A stretch of DNA of 64,000 nt from an uncultured delta proteobacterium (GCA_963785225.1 CAWAUQ010000009.1:115255-179254); one strand, 5' to 3'; numbered from the stretch's first letter, positions 41,781-51,119 are shown. The notes: generated by a model not told the origin, from the letters alone. Translations and numbers: made by a program.

Positions 41781-42836
41781 ATGAATAAAATATTTAAACG
41801 TATCGGTTTTGGCGCATTACTTTTCGTTTTCCTCGCCACAGGATTTCAGGCTTTCGCAGGAGATCAGGAGTTGCTCGGCGCAGGGGCCACATTTCCCCAA
41901 CCGCTCTATTCCAAGATGTTTGATGCCTATTATCAGCAGTATAAGGTAAAGATCAATTATCAGGGTATCGGCTCTGGCGGCGGCATCAATCAGCTTACGA
42001 AGAAAACCGTCGACTTCGGCGCAACCGATGCCTTTATGACTGCAAAAGAACTGACTGAAGCAGGGGCAACGGTAATCCATATACCCACCTGTCTTGGAGC
42101 GGTAGTAGTCACCTATAACCTCCCTGGTAACCCAAAACTCAATTTTACCCCTGATGTTATAGCTGATATCTTTCTCGGAAAAATCACCAAATGGAATGAT
42201 CCGAAGATCGCCGTTGCAAATACGGGTGTAAAACTTCCCAACCTTCCCGTCAGCGTTGTAAACCGCGCCGACGGAAGCGGAACTACCTATATTTTTACTG
42301 ATTATCTCACAAAAATCAGCAACGAATGGAAAGAAAAGATAGGCGCCGGCAAAACAGTGAACTGGCCTGCCGGACAAATCGGCCAGAAAGGCAACCCCGG
42401 TGTGGCAGGATTCGTATCACAAACGCCTGGCGCAGTTGGCTATGTTGAACTCATCTATGCAACCCAAAATAAAATGGCTTATGGTAATGTAAAGAACAAG
42501 ACAGGAAAATTTATTGAACCAACGCTGAAGGCAGTCAGTGCATCTGCCAATGTGAAGATACCTGACGACACAAATGTCTCGCTTACAAACACCGATGCTG
42601 CCGATGGTTACCCCATCAGTGGTTTTACCTGGATGATCTTCTATAAAGAACAGAACTACGGCGGAAAAGCAAAAGAACGGGCTGAAGCCCTTGCCAAACT
42701 TTTATTGTGGACAGTCAATGAAGGACAGAAATATGTGGAACCTCTCCATTACGCACCCCTTTCCAAAGAGGCTCAGGTAAAGGCAAACAAACTTGTCCGC
42801 TCCATAACATTTAACGGTGCACCCCTTTTGAAGTAA
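41781..42836 (+). CDS. pstS: phosphate ABC transporter substrate-binding protein PstS
   Basis: Signal peptide MNKIFKRIGFGALLFVFLATGFQAFA, then GAGATFPQPLY...YQGIGSGGGI...RADGSGTT. Start set at 41781 after GGAGG. The ORF track begins at 41757. Confidence 0.9.
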   Translation: MNKIFKRIGFGALLFVFLATGFQAFAGDQELLGAGATFPQPLYSKMFDAYYQQYKVKINYQGIGSGGGINQLTKKTVDFGATDAFMTAKELTEAGATVIHIPTCLGAVVVTYNLPGNPKLNFTPDVIADIFLGKITKWNDPKIAVANTGVKLPNLPVSVVNRADGSGTTYIFTDYLTKISNEWKEKIGAGKTVNWPAGQIGQKGNPGVAGFVSQTPGAVGYVELIYATQNKMAYGNVKNKTGKFIEPTLKAVSASANVKIPDDTNVSLTNTDAADGYPISGFTWMIFYKEQNYGGKAKERAEALAKLLLWTVNEGQKYVEPLHYAPLSKEAQVKANKLVRSITFNGAPLLK

Positions 42837-42905
42837 AGATGGTATCGAGGCGATGCGGGAAACCAGGGTACAGTATAACGACATGGATTTCGGAAAAGTT
42901 AGATA

Positions 42906-43820
42906 ATGATGAACAATAGCAAAGGTCCAGCAAGCATCGACCGATCGGAAAAACGGTTCACCTGGGTCCTTACCGCTTCAGGCGCTTTCATCATCGTATT
43001 ACTGATTGCCATTTTCTTCACGCTCTTTATGACTGCATTACCGGCAATACAGAAATTCGGCCTCACCTTTCTTATCAGCAAATCATGGAATGCAACAGCA
43101 GAGTCCTTCGGCTCCCTTCCCTTTCTCGTGGGCACGCTCCTGACTTCCTTTCTTGCCCTCTTCATCGCTATTCCTTTTTCCATATCGATATCACTGTTTC
43201 TCGGCGAGTATTTCAAAGAAGGGGCAATCTCCAATTTTCTCCGCAGCGCCATTGAAGTGCTCGCCGGCATCCCTTCTGTTATTTACGGTCTCTGGGGTGT
43301 TTTTCTCCTCGTGCCGCTCGTGAGGTCACTTGAAATGAAACTCGGTGTCGTTCCTTATGGCGTGGGGATTCTCACCTCTTCGCTGATCCTTGCCATTATG
43401 GTCATACCCTTTTCAGCGTCTCTCGGAAGAGAGGTTATATCTCTGGTGCCGGGAGATCTGAAAGAGGCTGCTTATTCTCTGGGTGCTACACGTTTTGAAG
43501 TGATGAAGAATATTGTCATCCCTTATGCGCGGTCAGGAATTATTGCAGGCATACTGCTTGCTTTCGGAAGGGCCATCGGAGAGACAATGGCAGTGACAAT
43601 GCTCATCGGCAACAGCAGTTTTCTTCCTACAAGCATCTTCAGTCCTGCCAATACCATGGCCAGCGTCATCGCAAATCAGTTTTCCGAGGCAACGGGCATT
43701 GTAGCTTCATCCCTCATCTATATTGCCCTCGTGCTCTTTCTTGTTACTACAATTGTGAATATTATCGGAAATTATGTCATTCACAAAATCAGCATCGAAG
43801 CATCGAAAGAGGTCACATAA
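42906..43820 (+). CDS. pstC: phosphate ABC transporter permease PstC
   Basis: 304 aa, 6 TM, EAA-type loop EAAYSLGATRFEVMKNIVIPYARSGI. Confidence 0.9.
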   Translation: MMNNSKGPASIDRSEKRFTWVLTASGAFIIVLLIAIFFTLFMTALPAIQKFGLTFLISKSWNATAESFGSLPFLVGTLLTSFLALFIAIPFSISISLFLGEYFKEGAISNFLRSAIEVLAGIPSVIYGLWGVFLLVPLVRSLEMKLGVVPYGVGILTSSLILAIMVIPFSASLGREVISLVPGDLKEAAYSLGATRFEVMKNIVIPYARSGIIAGILLAFGRAIGETMAVTMLIGNSSFLPTSIFSPANTMASVIANQFSEATGIVASSLIYIALVLFLVTTIVNIIGNYVIHKISIEASKEVT

Positions 43821-44667
43821 TGGAAAAACAAATCAGCTATACGCCTCTTTAAAGATACTCTTTTCAAAGGTCTCATCTGCCTTTTCGCATTTGCGTCAGC
43901 GCTCCCTCTCTTTTTGATTCTCTATTACATTACGAAGAATGGTATCGCTGTCATCAACTGGGACTTTCTTTTCAATCTCCCCCGTCCTATCGGAGAAACA
44001 GGCGGCGGTATCGGAAGTGCTATCGTGGGCACTATTATGCTTATTATCCTCTCCGGTGTCATATCCATCCCCTTCGGCATTGCGACAGGAATATACCTTT
44101 CGGAGAAAAAAGAAGGTAAACTCAGCAATATAGTCCGGCTCTGTGTTATTGTTTTGCAGGGAACACCATCGATTGTGATCGGCATTATCGCCTATATCTG
44201 GGTTGTTGCTCCCCCTGAAAACCTTTTCCGCCATGTCCGGCGGCATCGCCCTCAGTATCATGATGCTTCCTGTCATTATAAAGACAACAGAAGAAACACT
44301 GAAACTCATACCCTATCACCTGAAAGAAGCATCTCTTGCCCTCGGCGTACCTTACTATAAAACAATGCTGAAAGTCATACTGCCCGCCGGATTAAGCGGC
44401 ATCGTGACAGGAATTCTCCTGAGCATAGCCCGCATCACCGGTGAAACAGCTCCTCTTTTATTCACGGCCTTCGGCAACCAGTTTATGAACCTTAATATTC
44501 TCAAGCCTATTGATTCTCTTCCATACCGGATCTTCTACTATGCAATGAGCCCCTATCCTGAATGGCACACCTTTGCCTGGGGCGCATCGTTCATTCTCGT
44601 CGTCTTCACACTGGCATTTAACCTGATCGCAAGGGGGATTTCCGCAAAATGGAAAACACAGTTCTAA
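43820..44667 (+). pseudogene. pstA: phosphate ABC transporter permease PstA, at least two frame breaks
   Basis: The ATG at 43820 reads MEKQISYTPL* while the adjacent frame reads KNKSAIRLFKDTLFKGLICLFAF... (break in the first ~5 codons, at an A5 run). The second break near 44205 joins ...IAYIWVV to LPLKTFSAMSGGIALSIMMLP. EAA loop is EASLALGVPYYKTMLKVILP. Confidence 0.8.
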
Positions 44668-45409
44668 GGGTCGAGAATTTCTCAGCCTATTTCGGCGAAA
44701 ACAAAATCCTGAAAGAGATTAACCTTACGGTCACGAAAAATATCGTCGCAGCCCTCATGGGACCATCAGGCTGCGGAAAAACAACCCTCATCAGGTGTGT
44801 CAACAGGATGCATGAACTGATCCCCGGAACCAAGGTGTCAGGGGAAATGTTTCTTGGAAGACCATAACATCTACAGCATGGAACCCATCGTGCTCAGGAG
44901 AATGGTAGGTATGGTCTTTCAGAAACCGAACCCCTTCCCCACCATGAGTATATACGATAACGTTATCGCCGGATATAAACTCAACGGGATCAGGCGGCCA
45001 AGAGATGAGTTTGATACTATCGTTGAACAATCTTTACAAAAAGCTGCCCTCTGGAATGAAGTAAAAGACGCTCTTCATAGAAAAGGGACCTTTCTCTCCG
45101 GCGGCCAGCAGCAGAGGCTCTGCATCGCCACGGGCTCTTGCAATGAACCCTGAAATACTCCTTCTTGATGAACCAACCTCTGCTCTTGACCCCAAATCAA
45201 CGTCCCAGATAGAGGAACTCTTCGTTGAATTAAAAGAGAATGTCACCATGCTCCTCGTAACACACAATATCGCCCAGGCTGCCCGGGTATCAGATTTTAC
45301 GGCCTTTATTTACCTCGGGGAACTCGTTGAATTCGGTCCCACGGAAAAGATGTTCACCGTCCCCAAAGACAAACGAACAGAAGAATACCTTACAGGAAAA
45401 TTCGGATAA
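44649..45409 (+). pseudogene. pstB: phosphate import ATPase PstB (canonical motifs), two frame breaks
   Basis: ORFs 44649..44867, 44854..45153 and 45143..45409. Walker A GPSGCGKTT, Q-loop [38 protein letters not shown]. The second break is repaired by deleting one A (gcc[a]cgggct gives [17 protein letters not shown]). Confidence 0.85.
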
Positions 45410-45422
45410 ACAAGGAGAGGCT

Positions 45423-45554
45423 GTGCTGGAAGAAAAGATCACTGAACTGAAGAAAGAACTTGTGGAATTTGCTGCTCTGGTGGAACAGATACCGGCCTTC
45501 TCCTGTCAGCTATCAGCCCGTATCCATGCAAAATCTCGTTGTAATCATCAATAA
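45423..45554 (+). pseudogene. possible N-terminal relic of a phoU paralogue
   Basis: A GTG-initiated 43-codon frame begins VLEEKITELKKELVEFAALVEQ. That resembles the PhoU N-terminus (compare DLELKELKEKLLYEGGLVEKA in the intact phoU at 45592). It then diverges and stops. Confidence 0.3.
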
Positions 45555-45567
45555 AAACTACTATACT
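45539..45567 (+). promoter_or_regulatory. candidate sigma70 promoter for phoU / second pst operon
   Basis: TTGTAA (45539..45544), 17-nt spacer, TATACT (45562..45567). AGGAGG RBS lies before the ATG at 45592. Confidence 0.3.
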
Positions 45568-45591
45568 CTTGCCATTCAAGGAGGCTGACCA

Positions 45592-46272
45592 ATGCTTGAA
45601 GGACACATTTATAAAACATTTGACCTGGAATTGAAGGAACTGAAGGAAAAACTCCTTTATGAGGGTGGACTTGTAGAAAAGGCCATTAACAACGCCATTA
45701 AAGCGCTCCTTGAAAGAGATTCCGATCTTGCCAAGAGAGTCATTGATGAAGATGAACTGATCAATGACGTGGAAGTGGAGATTGATGAATTCTGCTTAAA
45801 ACTGCTTGCCCTGCGTCAGCCTGCGGCAAGGGATTTACGATTTATCACAACAGCCATTAAAATCAACTACGATCTGGAGCGGATCGGCGATATGGCTGTC
45901 AATATCTGTGAACGGGTTCAGGAACTCAACCGGGAACCACAATTAAAACCATATATTGATCTTCCTCAAATGACGGAAACGGTCAGATTAATGTTAAAGG
46001 AAAGTCTCGATGCCTTCGTAAAAGAAGACGTATCCCTGGCCCTGAAAGTAACAAAAGATGACGCCCAGGTAGACCGGGTGCTCGATCAGATATTCAGGGA
46101 ATTGCTTACGTATATGATGCAGGATTTACGAACAATCTCCCGTGCAACACGGGTGCTTTTTATCGCAAAATATCTGGAACGGATGGCCGATCATGCTGTC
46201 AACATTGCAGAACTGGTAATTTTTATGGTAGAAGGACGCATCATCAGGCATTCCAAAAGTTCCGAGGAATAA
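45592..46272 (+). CDS. phoU: phosphate signalling complex protein PhoU
   Basis: 226 aa. Two PhoU repeats with D/E-rich metal-binding motifs (DDELINDVEVEIDE..., ERIGDMAVNI..., ERMADHAVNI). Confidence 0.9.
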   Translation: MLEGHIYKTFDLELKELKEKLLYEGGLVEKAINNAIKALLERDSDLAKRVIDEDELINDVEVEIDEFCLKLLALRQPAARDLRFITTAIKINYDLERIGDMAVNICERVQELNREPQLKPYIDLPQMTETVRLMLKESLDAFVKEDVSLALKVTKDDAQVDRVLDQIFRELLTYMMQDLRTISRATRVLFIAKYLERMADHAVNIAELVIFMVEGRIIRHSKSSEE

Positions 46273-46276
46273 CTGA

Positions 46277-47086
46277 GTGATCAAGCAACTTGGTTTTTTA
46301 TGTATAATTATGACATGTTTATTATCATGCACCGGCCAGTCACATGACAAAACCAAAGACAAACATACGATTACCATTGCAGGATCTACCTCAGTGATGC
46401 CCTTCACGGAAAAGCTTGCAGAACATTTCATGCTCGATCACCCAAAATTCGTGATTGATGTACAGGGCGGAGGTTCAACAGCGGGGATTCAGGCAGTCCT
46501 GAACAATACCGTTCAAATCGGTATGTCTTCGAGAGAATTGAATAATAAAGAAAAAATGCTCAATTCGATTACTATCTGCCATGACGGTATTTCAATTGTT
46601 CTCCACCCGAAAAATCCAATCACGGACCTCACTCTGCAACAGATCCGGGATATTTATAACAATAAGATAAAAAACTGGCGGGAACTTGGTTGGATAGATC
46701 GTAAAATTGACGCTGTGACAAGGGAAGAGGGCTCCGGCACGAGAGGCGCTTTTGAGGAACTTGTCATGAAGGGAAAAGAAATAGATGACAGTATTATGGT
46801 ACAGGACTCGAATGGCTCGATAAAAGAAGTAGTTGCAACAGACCCCTACGCAATCGGCTATATATCGCTGGGGCTTGTTGATCAGAAGGTGAAACCTGTC
46901 ACTATTGATGGCGCAATACCAACGATCAAAAACATAAAAACAGGCAAATATAAGATTGTAAGACCTTTTTTGTATGTTACAAATGGTGAATTGGACATGT
47001 ACGCAAAGGAATTCGTTGATTTCATCCTTTCCAGAGACGGGCAAAAGATTTTGAAAAAGGAAGGGCTTGTAGGTTTTTATGATTGA
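46277..47086 (+). CDS. pstS: phosphate-binding lipoprotein, short PstS/PBP-like_2 type
   Basis: 269 aa. GTG start, lipobox LLSC, ITIAGSTSVMPF...VQGGGSTAGI...REEGSGTRGAFEE. Confidence 0.8.
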   Translation: MIKQLGFLCIIMTCLLSCTGQSHDKTKDKHTITIAGSTSVMPFTEKLAEHFMLDHPKFVIDVQGGGSTAGIQAVLNNTVQIGMSSRELNNKEKMLNSITICHDGISIVLHPKNPITDLTLQQIRDIYNNKIKNWRELGWIDRKIDAVTREEGSGTRGAFEELVMKGKEIDDSIMVQDSNGSIKEVVATDPYAIGYISLGLVDQKVKPVTIDGAIPTIKNIKTGKYKIVRPFLYVTNGELDMYAKEFVDFILSRDGQKILKKEGLVGFYD

Positions 47087-47942
47087 AAAGGCCCTCTTAA
47101 AGGAAAGGTTTGTTAAGTGGGTGCTGGTAACCTTTGCGCTTTCTTCACTTCTCTTTCTCTTTCTCATATTTATCTTTATCCTCGCCGAAGGACTGCCACT
47201 CTTTCTGAAGGTTGGAGTGGGCAATATTATCGGTGGTTTCAAGTGGGCTCCCACAAGGGGTTCCTTTGGCATTTTCCCGATGATCGTCTCTTCATTCCTT
47301 GTGACAATCGGAGCCCTCGCTATCGGGGCCCCCATGGGTCTTTCCTGCGCTATCTATCTCTCTGAATATTCCGGAAAGAAAACACAAATGCTTTTGAAAC
47401 CGGCGCTGGAACTTCTTGCAGGCATTCCCTCAGTTGTATACGGTTTTCTGGGCGTTATTTACATCGTGCCTCTTGTGAGAAACTACCTTGGAGGATCAGG
47501 CTTTTCCCTTCTCTCAACATCCATCATTCTTGGCGTTATGATTCTCCCTACCATCATCAGCATATCCTTTGATGCCTTAATAAGCGTTCCCAAGACATAC
47601 CGGGAAGGCTCTTTTGCAATGGGCGCCACAAAATGGCAGACCATTTATAAAGTCATTATCCCATCAGCCAAATCCGGCATCCTGGCAAGCTTTATCCTCG
47701 GCATGGGAAGGGCAATCGGTGAAACGATGGCAGTCATCATGATTGCCGGTAATGCCCTGAAGATTCCGGGAAGTATCCTTGATCCGCTGCGTACCTTGAC
47801 GGGCAATATTGCTCTCGAACTCTCCTACGCAAGTGGTGACCATAGATTGGGACTCTTTTCCACAGGCGTGGTGCTCATGGTCATTATTATGATCCTTAAT
47901 TATATTGCCAACTTCGGGATAAAAAGGAAAATAGCGAAATGA
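47079..47942 (+). CDS. pstC: phosphate ABC transporter permease PstC (second copy)
   Basis: 287 aa. EAA loop EGSFAMGATKWQTIYKVIIPSAKSGI. Overlaps its neighbours. Confidence 0.85.
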   Translation: MIEKALLKERFVKWVLVTFALSSLLFLFLIFIFILAEGLPLFLKVGVGNIIGGFKWAPTRGSFGIFPMIVSSFLVTIGALAIGAPMGLSCAIYLSEYSGKKTQMLLKPALELLAGIPSVVYGFLGVIYIVPLVRNYLGGSGFSLLSTSIILGVMILPTIISISFDALISVPKTYREGSFAMGATKWQTIYKVIIPSAKSGILASFILGMGRAIGETMAVIMIAGNALKIPGSILDPLRTLTGNIALELSYASGDHRLGLFSTGVVLMVIIMILNYIANFGIKRKIAK

Positions 47943-48778
47943 GGATAATAAATCCGCGTATTATCGACAAGATTGTCCAAATAGTTTTTAACATGCAGGC
48001 ATTTTTTACTGTCAGCATTCTTGTTGTTATTGTGGCAATTATTTTCATTAAAGGTTTTCCCTATGTAAACCCTGAATTCATCTTTGCTTCCCCCGAGGAT
48101 ATGGGGCGCCATGGGGGTATCTTTCCCTCCATTGCAGGAACAATACAGCTTGCCCTTCTCTCAATCCTTTTTGCGACTCCCCTTGGTGTCGGAACGGCAA
48201 TATTTTTGACGGAATATACGCGGGAATCGACATTCACCAAATTGATCCGCTTTGGCGTCGAATCACTTGCCGGTATACCTTCCATACTCTACGGTCTTTT
48301 CGGCTTTATCTTTTTTGTCATAAAACTGAAGATGGGATGGTCGCTGCTTGCAGGTGTTCTGACTATAACAATTATGATTCTCCCTACTATTATCAGAACA
48401 AGCGAAGAGGCTATACGGTCTGTTCCGCGCCAGTTAAGAATTGTCAGTTATTCCCTGAGCGCGACAAAATGGGAAACCATCAAAAAGGTGGTCCTCCCTG
48501 CGGCAGCGCCCGGTATCCTTACCGGCATCATGCTCAGTATCGGCAGGGCTGTTGGCGAAACAGCGGCTGTGATATTCACTATGGGCAGCTCCCTGAGACT
48601 CCCGGTCTCTATCATGGATTCCGGAAGAACGATGGCGGTCCACTTTTATATTCTTGCGCGGGAAGGCATCTCAATGGAAAAAGCATACGGCACCGCACTC
48701 GTCCTGGTGCTGAGCATCCTGTCCATTAATATCCTTGCCTATTATGTGATGCACCGGGCAATATCAAAATATTCATGA
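47939..48778 (+). CDS. pstA: phosphate ABC transporter permease PstA (second copy)
   Basis: 279 aa. EAA loop IVSYSLSATKWETIKKVVLPAAAPGI. Confidence 0.85.
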   Translation: MRIINPRIIDKIVQIVFNMQAFFTVSILVVIVAIIFIKGFPYVNPEFIFASPEDMGRHGGIFPSIAGTIQLALLSILFATPLGVGTAIFLTEYTRESTFTKLIRFGVESLAGIPSILYGLFGFIFFVIKLKMGWSLLAGVLTITIMILPTIIRTSEEAIRSVPRQLRIVSYSLSATKWETIKKVVLPAAAPGILTGIMLSIGRAVGETAAVIFTMGSSLRLPVSIMDSGRTMAVHFYILAREGISMEKAYGTALVLVLSILSINILAYYVMHRAISKYS

Positions 48779-48784
48779 GGAATA

Positions 48785-49540
48785 ATGAACACAAAAATCG
48801 CAATTGAACGATTGCGCCTCTCATTTGGAAAAAATGAAGTTATAAAACACGTTACCATCAATGTGTATAAAAATACGATCACCGGTTTTATGGGGCCATC
48901 GGGAAGCGGCAAGTCAACGATTATTTCCGTCATTAACAGGATGATCGACTTCGAAGATAATGTGGAGATCCATGGAAAAGTATCCATAGACGGAATAAAT
49001 ATTCTCGATGACACGAGTAGTCCCGTGCTTCTGAGAAGACGTGTCGGAACCGTCTTCGCCGTACCAATCCCCCTGCCCCGCTCAATCTTTGAAAATATCG
49101 CTTATGGCCCACGCTTACAAGGAACTTCCAGCAGGACCGAGCTTCACCATATAGTAGAAGCAAGCCTGAAAAAGGCATATCTCTGGGATGAAGTAAAGGA
49201 CAGGCTTTCCACATCGGCATTGAAATTATCCGGTGGTCAGCAACAGCGGCTCTGTCTGGCACGGACACTGGCCCTCAAGCCGGAGATCATCCTCCTCGAT
49301 GAACCCTGCTCAGGCCTTGACCCCATTTCCACAGCAAAGATTGAAGATGCCCTCAATGAACTGAAATCGGAATACACCATTGTCCTTGTCTCCAATAACA
49401 CAAAGCAGATTGCCCGCATTACCGATTTCGCCGCATTCTTTTATATGGGGACACTCATCGAGTACAATACCACAGATAAAGTCTTCACAACACCATTGGA
49501 AAAACAGACAGAAGACTACATTCAGGGGAAATTCGGCTAA
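48785..49540 (+). CDS. pstB: PstB-type ATPase, variant a (Q-loop Gln to Ala, H-loop His to Asn)
   Basis: 251 aa. Walker A GPSGSGKST, signature [13 protein letters not shown] and Walker B IILLDEP are intact. However, VGTVFAVPIPLP (Ala codon 49058..49060) and VLVSNN (Asn codon 49394..49396) replace the conserved Q and H. Confidence 0.85.
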   Translation: MNTKIAIERLRLSFGKNEVIKHVTINVYKNTITGFMGPSGSGKSTIISVINRMIDFEDNVEIHGKVSIDGINILDDTSSPVLLRRRVGTVFAVPIPLPRSIFENIAYGPRLQGTSSRTELHHIVEASLKKAYLWDEVKDRLSTSALKLSGGQQQRLCLARTLALKPEIILLDEPCSGLDPISTAKIEDALNELKSEYTIVLVSNNTKQIARITDFAAFFYMGTLIEYNTTDKVFTTPLEKQTEDYIQGKFG

Positions 49541-50292
49541 TGCACAACTATGCCCTCCAAACAAAAAAGTTGAATCTTTTTTATGGCACATTTCATGCCC
49601 TCAAGAATGTTGATTTTCACGTTTTTTCCAAATCCATTACGGCCCTCATCGGACCGTCAGGCTGCGGAAAATCAACACTGCTTCGTTGCTTTAACCGTAT
49701 GAATGACCTCATCGATGATATACGCGTAGAAGGCGATATCATTGTTCACAATAAAAAGATCGCCGACATTGATATCACAAAGTTGAGAAAAAAGGTAGGC
49801 ATGGTATTTCAGAGGCCCAACCCCTTTCCCTTCAGTGTTTATGAGAATATGATCTACGGACTGAAAGTCCATGGAATGGGGAACAAGAAATACCAGAAAG
49901 AAACCGTCGAAAAGTGTCTCCATGCCGTGGGCCTCTTTGATGAATTAAAAGACAAGCTCAATACACCGGCCCTTGACCTTTCGGAAGAGATAAAACAGAG
50001 GCTCTGTATTGCACGGGTTTTAACGGTTGAACCGGAAATAATACTCCTTGACGAGCCCTGCTCCGCCCTTGACCCCATAGCCACTATGAGGGTTGAGGAA
50101 TTGATGATGGAACTCAAAAAGGATTACACGATCCTCATCGTAACGCACAATATGCAGCAAGCCGCCCGCGTGTCAAATTTTACAGGATTCATGCTCTTGG
50201 GCGACCTCGTTGAATTCGATGAAACCTCCCAGATTTTCACATCACCAAAGGATGAGAGGACAGAAGGGTATATAACAGGCCGCTTCGGCTAA
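49540..50292 (+). CDS. pstB: PstB-type ATPase, variant b (degenerate signature LSEEIKQ)
   Basis: 250 aa. Walker A GPSGCGKST, Q-loop MVFQRPNPFP, Walker B ILLDEP and H-loop VTHN are intact. The signature reads LSEEIKQRLCIAR (49978..49998) instead of LSGGQQQR. Confidence 0.85.
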   Translation: MHNYALQTKKLNLFYGTFHALKNVDFHVFSKSITALIGPSGCGKSTLLRCFNRMNDLIDDIRVEGDIIVHNKKIADIDITKLRKKVGMVFQRPNPFPFSVYENMIYGLKVHGMGNKKYQKETVEKCLHAVGLFDELKDKLNTPALDLSEEIKQRLCIARVLTVEPEIILLDEPCSALDPIATMRVEELMMELKKDYTILIVTHNMQQAARVSNFTGFMLLGDLVEFDETSQIFTSPKDERTEGYITGRFG

Positions 50293-50319
50293 CCGGCCGA
50301 GTGTGGCCTCGCTCTTTTC
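50278..50319. repeat. direct repeat, left copy (contains pstB stop codon)
   Basis: GGCCGCTTCGGCTAACCGGCCGAGTGTGGCCTCGCTCTTTTC. It matches 51295..51335 with one 1-nt indel and one mismatch. Confidence 0.8.
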
Positions 50320-50461
50320 GCGCCTTGCTTTGTCGACTGCGGGAATCACACATCCTCAACATAGCGCTGCTATGCCTCCGGTGTGATCGCCCTTTTCTCC
50401 GCGCTATGCATCGAAAATTGCTTCGGCCGGAAATTCAACCTCCATCTTTCAACGTTCTATT

Positions 50462-50827
50462 TCAAATCGGCAAGGACCGGACACGAATTCGGGTGTTTTC
50501 AAGAACCACTATGCTTCCCTTTTCGAGATGTCCCTCAATAGCGGGCAAATTTCGTAACATTAGTGCCAGTTGATTTTGAGGACGGTGTTCCTGTATATGC
50601 CGAAAAAGTATAACAGACGGTTTGTCCGTATCGCGAGTTGATAAAATGGTACCGAAATCCGTATCGGCAGAAACAAGAACACGTCCTTCATGAGCAGCAC
50701 GCGTAAAAACTATCTCATCATCGGCGCTTTGCAGTCCGTAATCGCGAACATGGACAGCATCATAACCTGCCAGTCTCAAACCTTCCGAGAGTATTGGCGA
50801 TAATGCATTGTCGATGAGAAACTTCAT
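50462..50827 (-). CDS. DUF5615-type (PIN/Mut7-C-like) putative toxin
   Basis: 121 aa. [11 protein letters not shown]...[11 protein letters not shown] is typical of the DUF5615 partner of DUF433 proteins. 4-nt ATGA overlap with the upstream gene. Confidence 0.65.
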   Translation of the reverse strand: MKFLIDNALSPILSEGLRLAGYDAVHVRDYGLQSADDEIVFTRAAHEGRVLVSADTDFGTILSTRDTDKPSVILFRHIQEHRPQNQLALMLRNLPAIEGHLEKGSIVVLENTRIRVRSLPI

Positions 50828-51054
50828 GAAGCCATGACAAGGGGCAATTCCCTCTCAGAGACAGCCTCGGCTGCAAACTGGAGTGCCTCGTGGATATCCC
50901 TATCTTCGAGGTCAGGATAGGCTTCAAGGATGCTCTCATTTGTCATTCCGTCAGCCACCATGCTAACTACAGTGGCCACGGGAATTCTTAGGCCCCGGAT
51001 GCAAGGCATCCCTCCCATTTGATTGGGATTCACTGTTACCCTTTTAAATTTCAC
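50824..51054 (-). CDS. DUF433-type putative antitoxin
   Basis: 76 aa. [45 protein letters not shown] is the DUF433 signature. GTG start with GGAGG 8 nt upstream. Confidence 0.65.
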   Translation of the reverse strand: MKFKRVTVNPNQMGGMPCIRGLRIPVATVVSMVADGMTNESILEAYPDLEDRDIHEALQFAAEAVSERELPLVMAS

Positions 51055-51090
51055 CTTAACACCTCCAAAATCACTACCGCTTGATACATA

Positions 51091-51119
51091 ACTATACGCT
51101 ATTTATGGACTTAAGTAAA
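51091..51119 (-). promoter_or_regulatory. candidate sigma70 promoter of the DUF433/DUF5615 cassette
   Basis: Minus strand: TTTACT (51119..51114), 17-nt spacer, TATAGT (51096..51091). About 35 nt upstream of the GTG start. Confidence 0.35.

Noticed and set aside
43820-45409. Programmed ribosomal frameshifting in pstA/pstB (and typA, phoR)
   Set aside because: There are no slippery heptamers or downstream structures at the junctions. There are multiple breaks per gene in both directions, and no precedent exists for these families.
46592-47335. 247-aa minus-strand ORF
   Set aside because: It is antisense to pstS2/pstC2, which have strong family motifs. It has no RBS and no motifs, so it is a shadow ORF.
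50297-50319. Possible intrinsic terminator after pstB-b (CGAG-N6-CTCG followed by CTCTTTTC)
   Set aside because: The stem is only 4 bp, which is too weak to call. The sequence is better explained as part of the direct repeat.
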